DNA of 64,000 nucleotides from Camelus ferus. Lineage: Eukaryota. A program made the position numbers and the translations under genes. The notes below the pieces were generated by a model, which was given only the letters and a program-made list of their open reading frames with translations, had not been told where the DNA came from and did no database searches. Below, piece by piece: positions 37,790 to 50,786 of this stretch (positions within the stretch are counted from its first letter, which is position 1; each line of letters begins with the position of its first letter). The stretch covers positions 99,016,001-99,080,000 of the forward strand of contig NC_045697.1 in the NCBI RefSeq assembly GCF_009834535.1. The letters are read 5' to 3'.

Positions 37790-38200
37790 GTCAATACTGA
37801 AGAAGAGAATGACTCAAATATCTGGGTAACAAATCCTTTTGCAAGCCAGGTGTTTTCTAATTCTTTGCTCTCAACTGTATTGAAGGAGAACCCAATCAAA
37901 ATGTTAGCTGATAGATCATAGAAAATAATTATGGATGTTAGATCACTATGAGATTGTTGGTCTGTAACTTGGAAGGTATTCAGAGAATTAAGTAAAATTG
38001 CTGTTACATAATTCATTCCATTTTCACTTACATTTAATGTCAACAAAATTTTTTGGTGCCATATCTATAAAAAATAAAAACAGGGATAGAATTCATATAG
38101 AAGCCTGTGTCATTCTAGTAGTAAGTAATATTAATTAAAAATACAAGAACTAATTGAAAAAAGTCCCATCTTATTAAGAGATACATTTCCAATAAAATTT
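37790..38200 (+). mobile_element. Charlie-type hAT transposase fragment (C-terminal)
   Basis: Plus strand reads WVTNPF and FRELSKIAVT*FIPFS, resembling the Charlie/hAT dimerisation region. Confidence 0.55.
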
Positions 38201-38607
38201 CACTTTTCATCTTTAATAAATATATATTTTGTTCAATTGCATACTACTAACTGTAATAACAACTTAATCCAAAATAAAATTTTAAACTGCTCACAGCATA
38301 ATACTTACAGGAAATTTAAATAAATTTCAATTTCAGCCTCTGTGCAGACATTTATGACAGAGATGTGTGAAAGAATGAGTAATAAAATACTTTTAAGAAT
38401 AAAATATATTACATTAGCATAAAATTCAATGGAGGAAATAGAATGGAAATAAATGCTCAAGGAGAAAAAGGAGCAATATAAAATTTCCAATTGTCAGAAA
38501 GAGCTTGTTCTTGTATTTTTAAAAATGGATGGTGGTGGCTCTCACATTGATGCCATTTTTAGATTCCAATGGATGCATTTAAAGGGGTAGGATGATGCTT
38601 TTATTTT

Positions 38608-38748
38608 ATTTAAAAAAACTTTTGGGAGGGAAGGTAATTAGGTTTATTTACTTATTTATTTATTTTTTAATGGAGGTTCTGGGGATTGAACCCAGGACCT
38701 TATGCATGCTAGGCATGCACTTGACCGCTGAGCTATACCCTTCCCTGC
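38608..38748 (-). mobile_element. Vic-1-like camelid SINE
   Basis: ggggattgaacccaggacc..gcatgctaggcatgcac..gctgagctataccc; TSD tgatgcttttatttt. Confidence 0.88.
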
Positions 38749-38792
38749 TGATGCTTTTATTTTAAAATATCAGTACTTACTAGACACCAGGA

Positions 38793-38980
38793 CAGCAGCC
38801 CTTAAAGTGTGGTTCCCGAGCCTTCAGCGATGGGATCACCTGGGAACTTGACAGAAATGCAAATTCTCAGGCCCCATTCCGGATCCACTGAGTCAGACAC
38901 TCTGAGGGTGTACCCCCACCATCTGTTTTCACCTGCTGTCAGGTGATTCTGAGGCCTGCTCAAGTATGAGGACCACAGTG
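38793..38980. mobile_element. MER5A-like MITE
   Basis: aaagtgtggttccc..atcacctgggaacttg..agaaatgcaaattctcaggcccc..gaggaccac. Confidence 0.85.
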
Positions 38981-39589
38981 CCAGCAATTACTGCCTTTGC
39001 AGTGACTTAAACTTACTCAAACCTTTCTTTATGTCCATTTAAAATGTGTGAGGGGACACATGGTTTTACAACAAATTGTTTGAGACATACACAAGCAAAA
39101 ATATTTGAGGGCCACTACACCCAAATCTGCACCACTTATATCTTTAAGCTAAGGAGAGTTTTCTTCCGAGGAGGAATTAGTGGATCGGGACAAGCATTGA
39201 GGATGGTTTTGCACATAGGATTTGGACAGGCATGAGAGACAGGAGCATGGCAGGCAGAGAGGACAGTACAGAAAAGGCTCAGAGGTGGGCGAGCACAGGT
39301 GTGGGTGGGGGGAGTTGGGCTAGGCTGGAGCATGGGGTGTGGGGTGAGAGCAGTTGGAAATAAATCTGGAAAGACAAGATGGCAGTGATGCCAGGACTTT
39401 ATTTTGAGCAGAAGAAAGATGTGATTAGAGATGTGCTTTTTTGGAATGAGTCTCGCATAGATCAGGTGGGAGAGACTGGAGGCAGTGAGACCAGATGCTA
39501 GGGTGGCTTCCTAGAGCCGGTCCTCACGCCAGGAGGCTCACCACCCTGTCTTAGCTGGAACGGTCCTTGTCTGCTATCGCTGCAAAGGG

Positions 39590-40850
39590 CAGGGGATGCC
39601 CACTGGGGTATAATAAGTAAATTTGGACTTTATCCCTGGCACAGATCTCCTCACAGCCTTGGAATTTCCTGAATGACAGGAGGATCTCCTGTTCTCCATA
39701 AAAAGCCCCTTTTGAGCACGTCCGAGTTTATGCTAAGGAAGTGACTTAAGGTGGGGTCCCTAGATGGCTTCAGCATGGGGTTGGTCACCAGAAAGACCAA
39801 GTGATTAGAAGGTTGGAACTTTCAGCCCCACACAGCAACCTCTGGGACGGGGGACTGGGGCGGGGGAGCCGGGGAATAAGTGCTATAAAAACTCTCGAAT
39901 GAGATTTGATGAGCTTTTGGGTTGGTGATGCATCCACATGCCTGGAAGGTGGTGCTGTAATGGGCCAGGACCCCATGGGGCCTTCCCTAGACAGGCCCCT
40001 CCCCCTTATCCTCTGCTGAGCTCCTCTCTGAGGGACCCAGATACTATTATCTCATGCATGTGTCCTGAGGTTTTCACATGCTAAAGACCACCACCAAGTG
40101 GAAGAAATTAACTACTTAAGGATCATGAGCACGTAGCCCCAGACCTTCTGGCGCCTAAGGATTGATTGTGTTAACCACTCTGTTACCGTGACATGAGCCA
40201 GTCAGAGAATTGTGCACAGCTGATCACAGACCCTGGTATGCCCCTCCCTTTCCCGGCCTTTTTAATGCTTTGCTGAAACCCTTCGAGGAGGAGTTCAGCG
40301 TTTTGGGGGGCATGAATTGCCCGTCCTCCTTGCTCGGCCCTGCAATAAACCTTTCTCTGCTCCAAACTGTGACATTTAGGTTTGTTTGGCCTCACTGTGT
40401 GTCCGGCACACGACCTTGTATTTGGTAACAGTGCACCCCAGTCTCCAGGGACGGAAGCTCCTGTGTTCAGAATCCTTCTGGACCTCGCCTTATGTACCTC
40501 TTCATCTGGCTGCTTCTCTGAATGCTTTACAGTAAACTGACAAAGGTAAGTAAATGTTTTCTGAGTTCTCTGAGCTGCTCTAGCATGTTACTCGAACCTG
40601 AGGAGGGGATTGTGGGAACTTCGTATTTACAACAAGTTGGTCAGAAGCACCAGAAACAGCCCGGACTTGCGATTGGTGTCTGAAATGGGGAGTGTGGGAC
40701 TCCAGCCCTTGGCCTGTGGGATCTGAGGTCACCTCCAGGTAGAGAGTGTCAGAATTGAGTTAAGTTTGGAGAACACCCAGTCAGGTGTCTGCTGAGAACT
40801 GGAGAATTGCTTGGTGGTGTTGGAAAACATTCCAGACCACCCAACATGGG
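39590..40850. mobile_element. MER21-like LTR interrupted by a younger LTR
   Basis: agaaagaccaagtgattagaaggttggaactttcagcccc..ggtggtgc|accccagtctcc..ggaagctcctg..tatgtacctcttcatctggctg; continuous across the insert. Confidence 0.8.
39956..40430 (+). mobile_element. Solo ERV1-type LTR
   Basis: TG...CA termini; perfect 4-bp TSD gtgc (39952-39955 and 40431-40434); same family as 1169-1641. Confidence 0.92.
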
Positions 40851-41406
40851 ACTGTGTCCACCCAACCCAGGGAGACTAGCAAACCCTAGGGACAGAGAGA
40901 GTCTGTTGTTCTGAGGAAGCTGTGGTCTGTCTGTGGCTTTGGGCTCGTTTGAAATCTTGGCCATTCCCTAAGTAGAGAGCCCACCTCCTGAGATCAATGA
41001 GATGTGTGCAGAATGCCAGGAGTTGTTCAGGCAGAAGGAATTCACAAACTCCTGGAGCACTTTGTTATCTTTGTTTCCTTTAACCCAGGACTCACCAGGG
41101 AGAAAAGGCATTACATCATCAAAGCCCTCTCTCATTGGCTGCCCATTCCCCAAGGGGCAGATTCTCTTTCCAGTTGCTTAGTTCTAAGTATTATATGCAG
41201 CACAGAGGCATGTCCTGTCACTTCAGTTCCCAGATTCAATGCCTCTGATGTCATTAGGTTATGGCAAGAGAGTGAGATAACACAGCGATGGCAAATTTTA
41301 GTTGACAGTATGATGCACCTTTGAGTAAGCTGCTCTGAGCCTCTTGTTTCCCCTTTAAGGTTGCTTTTGAGTTTGCATCGCTACGGTAATTCATAATGCA
41401 ATTCAC

Positions 41407-41706
41407 ATGAGGGACAGGGATAATGAAATTGTGACACTAGCTCTTCTATGTAGTGTCTTACAAAATGGGATGCAAATGAATTGGTTCAGTTGGTGCATTT
41501 TATCACAAAGCTTCGATCTACAGTTCCTGCAAGGATTGCTGTCTGTGTGCTGATGAGTTTCAGGTGCCATCTCAGTTTTCATTATCTCTCTCATTTCTTG
41601 AAGGTTAATAATTGAACTGATTTTTTTTAAAAAAGTCGTATAATTACGTTGAAGAAAAGGAGGAAATTGTCACAATTTCTTTTCCCCAGACTTGAATTTG
41701 ATGTAC
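41407..41706 (-). pseudogene. Pseudo-exon
   Basis: ttcttcttctcgtccaaaAG acceptor, GTGAAT donor, 300 nt, phase 2 to 2, one TGA. YIKFKSGEKKL*QFPPFLQRNYTTFLKKISSIINLQEMREIMKTEMAPETHQHTDSNPCRNCRSKLCDKMHQLNQFICIPFCKTLHRRAS... Confidence 0.65.
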
Positions 41707-43944
41707 CTTTTGGACGAGAAGAAGAATTAAAACGAATACCTCATTTTGGGGGGCAGTTAAAAAGCAACATAATTCTAAAGTGAAATTTCACTTAATCCAT
41801 CAAACAATCCCAATCGGTTGATGGAAAAAAAATGTAAAGAATAAAATTTCAGAAGGATTCTATTTAAAAATAGCCACTGGGCATGTACTGTAATAAAACT
41901 TTTAATGGCCATTTTATTTTTCAGTTCTGTGCCTATCTTTAGTGAAATTGCTTGGTGGTTAAACAGAACCAGAGTGATGGCCTGGGAGACAAAACTCCTT
42001 GGTTTTTGAAATAGTAATAAGTAGCATTCTCTGGTGATTTAGAATTTTTCTCAGAAACTTGCAGCTCCGTCTAAGCAGGCTCGCCCCAGGGCAGGCCCTT
42101 TCCCGCGGGGCTGCCACCTTTCTCCTGGCCTTCCAACGTGGGTTGGGGAAGTCCTGGGAGGCGCTGTAACTTTTCTGAGGATATACAGTCTCCGAATCAA
42201 GTGAAACTGGGGCCTGGGGACTCCTGGGGAGAGTCTGCCCTCGTACATGTGGCTCTTCCTGAGTCACACACCAGCAGTTTCCCGGTTCCAGTCCTCAGAG
42301 ACAGGGAGATTGCAGGGGAACCAGATCTCATGAAGCCTCTTAGCATCACACAGCTACAGTGGGTCTGACTCAGGATTTTTTTTTTCTCTCTCGCTTATGC
42401 TAGTCTTCCTGGAACACAGATCGAATTCACTGCAATGATGTCCAAAAGAAGCCTTCAATAAAATTGTTTTGTGAAAGGCTTTTCTGATTTCAGAGAGGGT
42501 TTGGGGTGACTTTTTACACCCAAATGTTAGAGTCAATATAGTATTGTGGTTCATAGCTCAGGCTTTGGAGTTATATTGGTTTGGGCTCCTGGATTCAACA
42601 CTTATTAGCTGTGTGGCTTTGTTAATAGAAACTTTCTGAGCCTCAGTTTACTTTTCTGCACAATTGAGATACAGAATCGATGTCAGTCTATGTCGTAAGT
42701 ATGGTGTATGGATTAAATAAGATGTGTGTATATACATATACACAATATTTCATAATATATAAACATACATAATGCTTAGCACAATGCCTAGCACATAGTA
42801 AAGACTCAAAGTGATAAAATTTCTTCCTGTTAACACTACTATTAATCTGACCCTTTGTTCAAAAGTTCCAGACTGCTGAATCCAAAAAGGTTCAGAGAAA
42901 ACTCTGCAAGACAGCCCAGCAGTGAGAGAAATGGGGGAGAGAAAGAAGTACATTTGGTTTCTTCTTGGGGAGTCACTGTCTTTACTTGATTCTGGGAGGC
43001 TGGGGCCAGGCTGGAACAATTCACTGATGTCCCCCAGCCCCACCTTGAGAAAGCTGAGGGTTTTCTGTTGGGTACAAGGGTATTGAGGTCCACAGAGGAG
43101 CTGGGGGGTGACTCTCTTCCAAAGGGCTCTGGTCTATTTCCCCAACAATTTGTCTTTTGCTGGAACTGGAAACAGTCTACTGGGCTATCATAGTAGCAAA
43201 TATAACATTTCCAGCCCTTAAAGAAAAAAGTCTTGTATCTCGATTGGGGACAGAGTGGAGACTCAGATGATTCTGGTGAGGAAGGTTAGCCTTTGGTCCC
43301 ATCAGTTGAGTCACAACTACTGACCTTCTGAGGCCTGCAGTGCCTTCTGGGGAACACAGGTCCCTACTGACCTTGAGGACGACTCCCTGTAAAGGGCTAA
43401 ACGAAGGCTGTTTCCAGAACTGCCTCCCACCCAGGCAGCTTGACTTCATCCCTGGGGAGAAAAGGGCTTTGTGCCTGAATTGAAAGGGCTTGTGACTAAG
43501 GCTTGTGACATTCTGAGGCTCAAGGACCCTTGTGTTAGTCCTCTAACTGAGTGTAACCAGGGAATGTTCTGACCTCGCAGGAAGAGGAGGAGGCTTGTCT
43601 CCCGCGTGGAGTTTTAGAGCCGTTCCAGCCCCACGGGCACCCAGGCAGGGCAATGGCTCTGAGCAGACACCAGCTTGGAAGGGCTTTTCTGGTGTCAGGG
43701 TTGAGGGCCCTTCTCAGCCAAGCTTGCAATTTTAGGGACACTATAAATACACACCCTGGGCATTCCCAGATGCACTCATGGGAGGGGAATTTTGATGTCA
43801 AGCTGGTGGAGGCTGTGAGTCATGGAGATTTCCATATTAATACTGATGAAATCTCATTTGTGGGCACAGACCAGTGAAGCCTGAGATATTGCGGCTGCAG
43901 AGACACAGAAACAATTTCCACAAGATGTATTCTCCAGGACTTAC

Positions 43945-44232
43945 TTGATTCTCTAATTTAACCATTTATTATCATTTGCAAAAAAGCCAAAAACCACTGA
44001 AGATTTAAGCTGTGTCTTCGAGATGCTCATTTGGTGGAAAATCCAACCATCGCCTCATGCTGCTTTCCCCCTTGAATGACAAACTGCTTGTTTAACACCA
44101 TTGATTGATTTGACCAGATGTTTGGCACCGTGCCACAGACTTCAGTCACGATAGTGGCATTTTTTCACTTGTCTAAGTGTTGTCTTGGTTCCTGAGGTGA
44201 CTACACGGTTCTCTAGCAATAGTTTAGAACCT
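43945..44232 (-). pseudogene. Pseudo-exon
   Basis: ttgtttacAG acceptor, perfect GTAAGT donor, 288 nt, phase 2 to 2, three stops. GSKLLLENRVVTSGTKTTLRQVKKCHYRD*SLWHGAKHLVKSINGVKQAVCHSRGKAA*GDGWIFHQMS... Confidence 0.7.
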
Positions 44233-44452
44233 CTGTAAACAATTTCTCTGAGTGATTCCCCTCATAGTCCCTTTAAGGATAACAAGGCTTCTGCCTCCAG
44301 CATCTCAGGGCTCCAGTCCTGGCGGTTTCTCCTACCTTGTGTGGGGCTGAGACAGACGGCTTCCTTTCCCTTCGGATGCAAATGCACTAAACACTGACTC
44401 GATGGAAAAGCTCTGCTGATCAAAATAATAATGACACACTTAGAAAACATAC

Positions 44453-44586
44453 TTCATTTTAGGTAACTTCAGGGTATTTGTGATGATTTCAATCAGAGGC
44501 CACTGGCTTTCCCACATCATAAAAGAGGAGGGACATGAAAATTGCACAATCTTGTTACAGGAAACTGCGGAGGAAATTTCATTTAC
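44453..44586 (-). pseudogene. Pseudo-exon (fully open)
   Basis: ttttcAG acceptor, GTATGT donor, 134 nt, phase 0 to 2. VNEISSAVSCNKIVQFSCPSSFMMWESQWPLIEIITNTLKLPKM. Confidence 0.7.
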
Positions 44587-45059
44587 CTGAAAACTGAGGT
44601 CTGAGAGTTTGCCACTATGATGCCATGGTCAGAATATGGAGTTGATCACTTCTTCCTCCTTGAAGCAGTTTCTCCACACAGCTTCTGGAACCCGACACTC
44701 TCCTGTTTCTCCTCCTACTTGCCTGGCTTCTTCCCTCAGCTCTTAGCTGGATCCTCCGAGGGCTGGCATGGCTCCCTGCTCCCCTGTTCCATCGTGGGTC
44801 TTGTGGCTTCCACGTTGCCCGTGTCCTGGTCCCTGCGTGTATACACCTCCAGCCCTGCAGTGCCCTGAGCCTCAGGCTTGTTCACCCAGCTGCCCACTCA
44901 ACGTCTCCACTGAATGTCAAATTAGCCCCTCAAATCTGATGGGTCCAACACTGAGGTCCTGGACTCCCCTCTCAACTCTGTTCAGTCCACACCTTCACCA
45001 TCTCAGTGACTGGCAAGCACACTGTCACAAATGTTCAGGCTAAAAGAGCTGAAGAGTCA

Positions 45060-45500
45060 TGGCAGTGAGCTGAATGGTGTCTCCAAGAGATATGTCCACG
45101 TCCTAACCCCCGATACCTGCGAACTTGAACTTATTTGGGGAAAAGGTCTTTGCAGTTGCAATTAAGTTAAGGATCTTGAGATGAGATTGTGCTGAATTAT
45201 CTGGGTGGGCCCTCAATCCAATGACAAGTGTCCTTACAAGAGACAAAAGAGGTGACACAGAAGGGAAGGCCATGTGAGGTTGGAGGTGGAGACTGGAGTC
45301 CTGCAACCACAAAGAATGCCTGGACCCCCCAGAAACTGGAAGAGGCAAGGAACAGAATATCCCCCAGAGCTTCTGGAGACAGGGCAGCCCTGATGACTCC
45401 TTGGTTTCAGACTTTTGGCTTCCAGAACTGTGACAGAATACATTTCTGTTGTTTTAAGCTGCCAAGTTTGTGGTGCTATGTTTCAGCAGCCACAAGACTC
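45060..45500 (+). mobile_element. MLT1-type LTR inserted in an L2 remnant (~44640-46230)
   Basis: gctgaatggtgtctcc..gtcctaaccccc..aattaagttaaggatcttgagatgag..tttctgttgttttaagc. Confidence 0.85.
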
Positions 45501-46749
45501 TAGTGGGGTCTTCTTTAACCTTTCTCTTCTTTCTCTTTCTCTGGAGCCAGCCTCCCAGCAACTCCCATTGGCCCTTTTTACAAAATACACCCAGAACCTG
45601 AGTGCTTCTTACCACCCACATTGCTGTATACCTGGCCTGAGCTCTCAGCGTCTCTTACCTGGAATATTGCAATCCTGTTAATCTCCCGGGTCCTGCCCTG
45701 GACCTCCCCGCTTCAGTGATCCTTTTAACATGGAAGTCAGGTCGTGTCATTCCTCTAGCTACCATCTCAGAGTAAGAGCCAACATCTTATCAACAGTGGG
45801 CTACTTGGCCTTTGAGATTTGGGCTGGCCTCTTTGATGTCTCTAACCTCGTCTTAGATGACCTCTCTTGAATACTCTGCTGTAGTCACTATGGCCCCCTT
45901 TCTCCTTATTGTATGTACCAGTCATATGTCTGCCTCAGGGCCTTTGCACTGACTTTTCCTTTTGTCTGAAACACCTTCTCCCCAGATACCTCCATGGCCA
46001 ACTCCCGTATCTCATTCAAATGTTACATATTTCCTCAATGAAGTCGTCTCTGACCATTCTACTTAAAATAACAACCCTTATACATGCTCTGTCCACCCTC
46101 TCCATCCTCGTATTGCCACCCACATACTGTATCTCTTGCTTGTTTATTTATTGTTTTTCTCTACCTACCAGAAGATGAGATCCCTATGGATAGGACATTT
46201 GGGGGATCTTTTTTGTTCACTGCTGTAATTTAGGACCAGGAACGAAACTTGACTCCAGGGTGAAGCCATGAGGTTGAAAACCACATATCACAGGATTTCC
46301 CACAAGCTCTGTTTCCCATGGTGTCCACCAGCTTTGCTGGGCTCCCTGTTGGAAACGCAGAGGGAACCACACAGGTTTTTAGGCTGGAAGAAGCCCTTTT
46401 CTGGCCACAGCATACTTTCCAGCACTCACACACTCCTCCCCAATGATCTTTTTAAGGGGCTTTGCCCCTATTTTAGTAGGTGCAAGTTAGCTGATCATCC
46501 CATGAAATGATCTATAATCCAGCTGTCAGGCAGTCTGTCGTGACAAATTTCACACCCTGGGAGAAGTGACCCTCCTGGCAGAGGGGGTGAATTTGGGCAA
46601 AGAAGAGCAATCCTCATTGCTGGCCATCAGGGCCAGAGAAAGTGGTCCAATAATAATTAGAAAAATATATCTATATATGTTTTCTGTGTGCCAGACCCAG
46701 TTCCAAGGGCTTCACAACATTGACTCATTTAATTCTCATGACAATTTTA

Positions 46750-48465
46750 TTTTATGTATGCATGGACGTAAGAACACTTAACATGAGATCCTCTTAATAG
46801 GATTTTAAGTGTACAATACAGTGTTGTTATCTGTAGGCACAGTGTTGTAATCAGATCTCTAGCATTTATACATCTTGCATAACTGAAATTATATACATTG
46901 ATTAGCAACTCCCCATTTCCCTCTCACCCTAGCCCCTGGCAACCACCGTTCTGTTCTCTGCTTCTGTAAGTTTGACTCTTAGATACCTCATGTAAGTGGA
47001 ATCATGTGACTGGCTTATTTCACTTAGGATAATGTCTTCAAGCTTCATCCATATTGTTAGCACATTGCAGGATTTCTTTCTTTTTAAAGACTGAATAATA
47101 TTCCATATTTTCTTTATCCATTCATCTGCTGATGGACATTTAGGTTGTTTCCACATCTTGGCTATTGTGATTAATGCTGTGACGAACACGGGAGTGTCAA
47201 TATTTCTTTGAGATCTTGTTTTCAATTATTTTGGATAAATTGCCAGAGCTGGTATTGTTGGGTTATGTGGTAATTCTATTAAAAAAAATTGAGGAATCTC
47301 CATGCTGTTTTCCACAGCAGCTGCACCATTTTGCATTTCCACCAGTGGTGTACAAGGGTTCCAGTTTCCACATGCTTGACAACACTTGTCTTTTTTTTTT
47401 TTTTTTTTTTATAATAGCCATCCTAACAGGTGTGAGGTGATGCCTCATTGTGGTTTTGATTTGCATTTCTCTGATGATTAGTGATGTTGAATATCATTTC
47501 ATGTACCTGCATGTCTGCTTTGGAAAAATGTCTATTAAAGTCTTTAGCCCATTTTAAAATCAAGATATTAATTGTTTTGCTGTTGAGTTGTGGGAGTTCC
47601 TTACATATTTTGGAAATCAACCTTTTATCAGATAGATGGTTTGCAAATATTTTCTCCCATTCCATAGGTTGCCTTTTCACTCTGTTGATAGTTTCCTTTG
47701 CTGTGCAGAAGCTTTTTAGTCTGATGTAGTCTCACTGTCTAATTTTGCTTTTGTTGCTTGTGCTTTTGGTGTCATATCCATGAAACCATTGCCAAGATCA
47801 ATGTCATGGAAATTTTCCCTTATGCTTTCTTCTAGGAGTTTTATAACTTCAGTTCTTAACGTTTAAATATTTAATCCATTTTGAGTTGATTTTTGTGTGT
47901 GATATAAGATATGGTCTGGTTCCATTCTTTTGCATGTGAATACCTAGTTTTTCCAAAGTTAAAAGAGATTATTCTTCCCCCATTGTGTATTCTTGGCACC
48001 CTTGTTAAGGCATCAGTTGACCCTAGATGCATGGATTTATTTCAGAGTTTTCTATTCTGTTCCATCGATCTATATATTTGTCTTTTTGCCAGTACCATAC
48101 TATTTTTTTATTTAATTTAATTTTTTATTGAAGTGTAATTGATTTACAATGTTAGTTTCAGGTGTACAGCAAAGCAATTCAATTATACATATACATACAT
48201 ATATATATACACATATATTTTCATATTCTTTTTCATTATAGGCCATTATAAGGTATTGAATATAGTTCCCCATGCTATATAGTAGGACCTTGCTGTTTAT
48301 CTATTTTATATATATTAGTGTGTATCTGTTAATCCCAAATCCTAGTTTATTCCTCCCCCCATACTGTTCTCATTACTTTAGTTTCCTGATATATTTTGAA
48401 ATCAGGAAGTGTGATGCCCCCAGCTTTGCTCTTCTTTCTCAAGATTGTTTTGGCTATTTGGGGTT
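46750..48465 (-). mobile_element. L1 (ORF2 3' part + 3'UTR) with a younger L1 3' end nested at ~48103-48358
   Basis: Minus-strand ORF2 motifs [41 protein letters not shown]; nested copy flanked by ccatact(a/g)tt. Confidence 0.9.
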
Positions 48466-49268
48466 CATAACAACTTTAACAGATAGTTACTATCTTTACC
48501 ACCATTTTACAAATAAGAAATATGAGGCATAGGAGATAAAATGACATCCCAAGGGCAACGCTTGTTTTCAGACACACACAGTGATTTATACTAGATATAC
48601 ACTCAACTATTATAGTCTATTGCCTCCCATGTCTTTAAAACAGTCTTCATGTCTCTGCCCCATTCCAATATAAATATATTTTTCTTAACCTATTTTTCTC
48701 TAGAAAAAACAAACTGTAAAATGTCACCAACTGAAGAATCATCTTGCAAACAGTTGCATCTTCCAGGAGGCAGTTGCATCATAAGCCTCAGCCTGGCTCT
48801 TTGTAAGAAGCACTTTGGGGACGTCAGTGTCCCGTGGGTATGTACCACTACTCAGTGTTTTGAGCAAATAGGAAAGTGAAACTAGGAATGTACAAAACAA
48901 ACAAAATCAGAGGGTGGTTTTTTTTTACATCATAAAAGGGCTCTTTAATTTAGAAAGGAAACCAGTGTTGACTGCCTATAAATAGCGGCTTCCTGATGCA
49001 AGTGAGGGCTTGTTTATTTGACAAAATGGTTGGGGTCAGAAACACTTCAAACTCAAATATTAGGAGGTCAGTGTGATACTTTGAAAATCATCAGAAATGA
49101 TGGTAAGTTGTTGTTAAAATGATAATGTAATGGGTGAGGAAAAAATTTATTTTCTCTGTCTTCTCAAATCAGCTTCAAATGACACTTTGGAAAACACATC
49201 TTTGATGTGAAGCTAAGCATACTCATACACTCAGCTGCCATGTGGAGCAGTCTGGCATTGCAACTCAC

Positions 49269-49334
49269 ACAGAATTAAAATCAGAAGACTGTGTAGTTGT
49301 CAGCATTTTCACAAGATCAGGAGATAAAGTGAAT
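49269..49334 (-). pseudogene. Pseudo-exon
   Basis: ctgtctgtctgtgaacAG acceptor, GTGAGT donor, 66 nt. Phase 0 reading IHFIS*SCENADNYTVF*F*FC. Confidence 0.55.
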
Positions 49335-49506
49335 CTGTTCACAGACAGACAGCCATACCCATAACTTCTCATTTATAAACAGCACACAGGCAATCGTTTT
49401 ACGTACGTGGTTTGTTAAAGGATAACAACTTGATTTTCAATTTCAATAAAGGTTTAAGGGCTTTGGAAAGCACTGGAAGTCTTAGTTGTCATAAACAGCC
49501 ACTTAC

Positions 49507-49587
49507 AATACATTGTGAGTTTTCCGAGTGATAATTAAACTTGACCATAAAAACTATGGCTATTTGAGGAGAAAGTATCGTAGTAAC
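49507..49587 (-). pseudogene. Pseudo-exon (fully open)
   Basis: acttttAG acceptor, perfect GTAAGT donor, 81 nt, phase 0 to 0. VTTILSPQIAIVFMVKFNYHSENSQCI. Confidence 0.65.
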
Positions 49588-49834
49588 CTAAAAGTTCATA
49601 TTTCACAAGAAAATCTTAATAGTCAAAACAAAACACTCAAAGCGACATCAGCAAAGGCTTTGGAGGTTATGTGGTTTATGTCTTTTATTGAATTCATGCT
49701 TAAATACACCATTCCAGTCGCTTTCTTTTAATGATAAGGAGAAAATTCAGTTTCCTCATGAGAATATCCCATAAAGCTACAGGTAACTAGATCTGTGTCA
49801 ATCTTGCCACTTAGGACAAGCGACCATTCACTTC

Positions 49835-49853
49835 TGCCACCAGAGGGCACCAA
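49835..49853 (+). promoter_or_regulatory. CTCF-binding motif
   Basis: tgccaccagagggcacca closely matches the CCACCAGRKGGCRC core. Confidence 0.65.
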
Positions 49854-50269
49854 AGCTCAAGTTGCTGGGAAAACTGCAAACCACAGAGTCACTGCCTCGG
49901 GGGACTAGAAAATCCCTGAAAGGCTATTCTGAGGTCTGTAGACAAGACCTTACCTAATTATTTCAGAGGACTGAGTATGTCTCCTACTTTGTTTTCATAG
50001 CCCGGTCTATTATTTATCAACTCTCCCAGCCAAGAAATTCTCAATACCAGCTCATGTATTTATCCAGCTCATATATATTTATTGAGCATTGCTACATACC
50101 AGGCTCTGGGGAGCAGTGGTGGACAAGAAAGCCGTTCTCTGCCCCCTTGAGCCTGCAGTCTAGAAGTGAAGAGCGACTTCAAATAAAACCTTACAATCCA
50201 GAATGATGTGGGTTATGACAAGGGCAGACTGGGGCCATGGGAGCAGCGAGCAGGCGGCTCAACCTCGTC

Positions 50270-50786
50270 TGTGAGCTCATGGATTCTTTTCCTGTGGCTC
50301 CTCTAACAAATGATCACAAACCGGGTGGCATGAAAAATAAAAAGTTATTCTCTCACAGTTCTGGATGCCAGAAATTGAAACTAGATGTTGGCAGGACCTC
50401 ACATCTTCCCAGGGCTCCAGGGAGAATCTGTTCCTGTCTGTCCCTCGTCTGGTGGCTCCAGGCATATCTTGGCTTGTGACTGAATCACCCAGTCTCTGCC
50501 TCTTTGGTACATTGCCTCCTCCTCTTCTCTGTGTGTCTACATGATAAGGATGCATGTGATTGCATTTCGGGCCTGTTATGGACTGAATTATGTGCCCTCA
50601 AATCTGTATATTGAAGCCATAACCCCACTGTGACCATGTTGGGGGTCAGAGCCTTTAAGGTAATTCAGGTTAAACGAGGTCATAATGGTGAGCCCTATCC
50701 AATAGGACTGGTAGCCTTAAGAGGAAGAGACATCAGAACTTCCTAAGAAAAGGCCATGAGATGACAGTGAGAATTTGGCCATCTGC
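50270..50786. mobile_element. Two MLT1-type LTR pieces in opposite orientation
   Basis: taacaaatgatcacaaaccgggtggc..ttctctcacagttctgga (minus), then tgttatggactgaattatgtgccc (plus). Confidence 0.7.

Noticed and set aside
37690..38046. 118-aa minus-strand ORF as another pseudo-exon
   Set aside because: Better explained as the antisense of a Charlie/hAT transposase remnant; no good splice sites.
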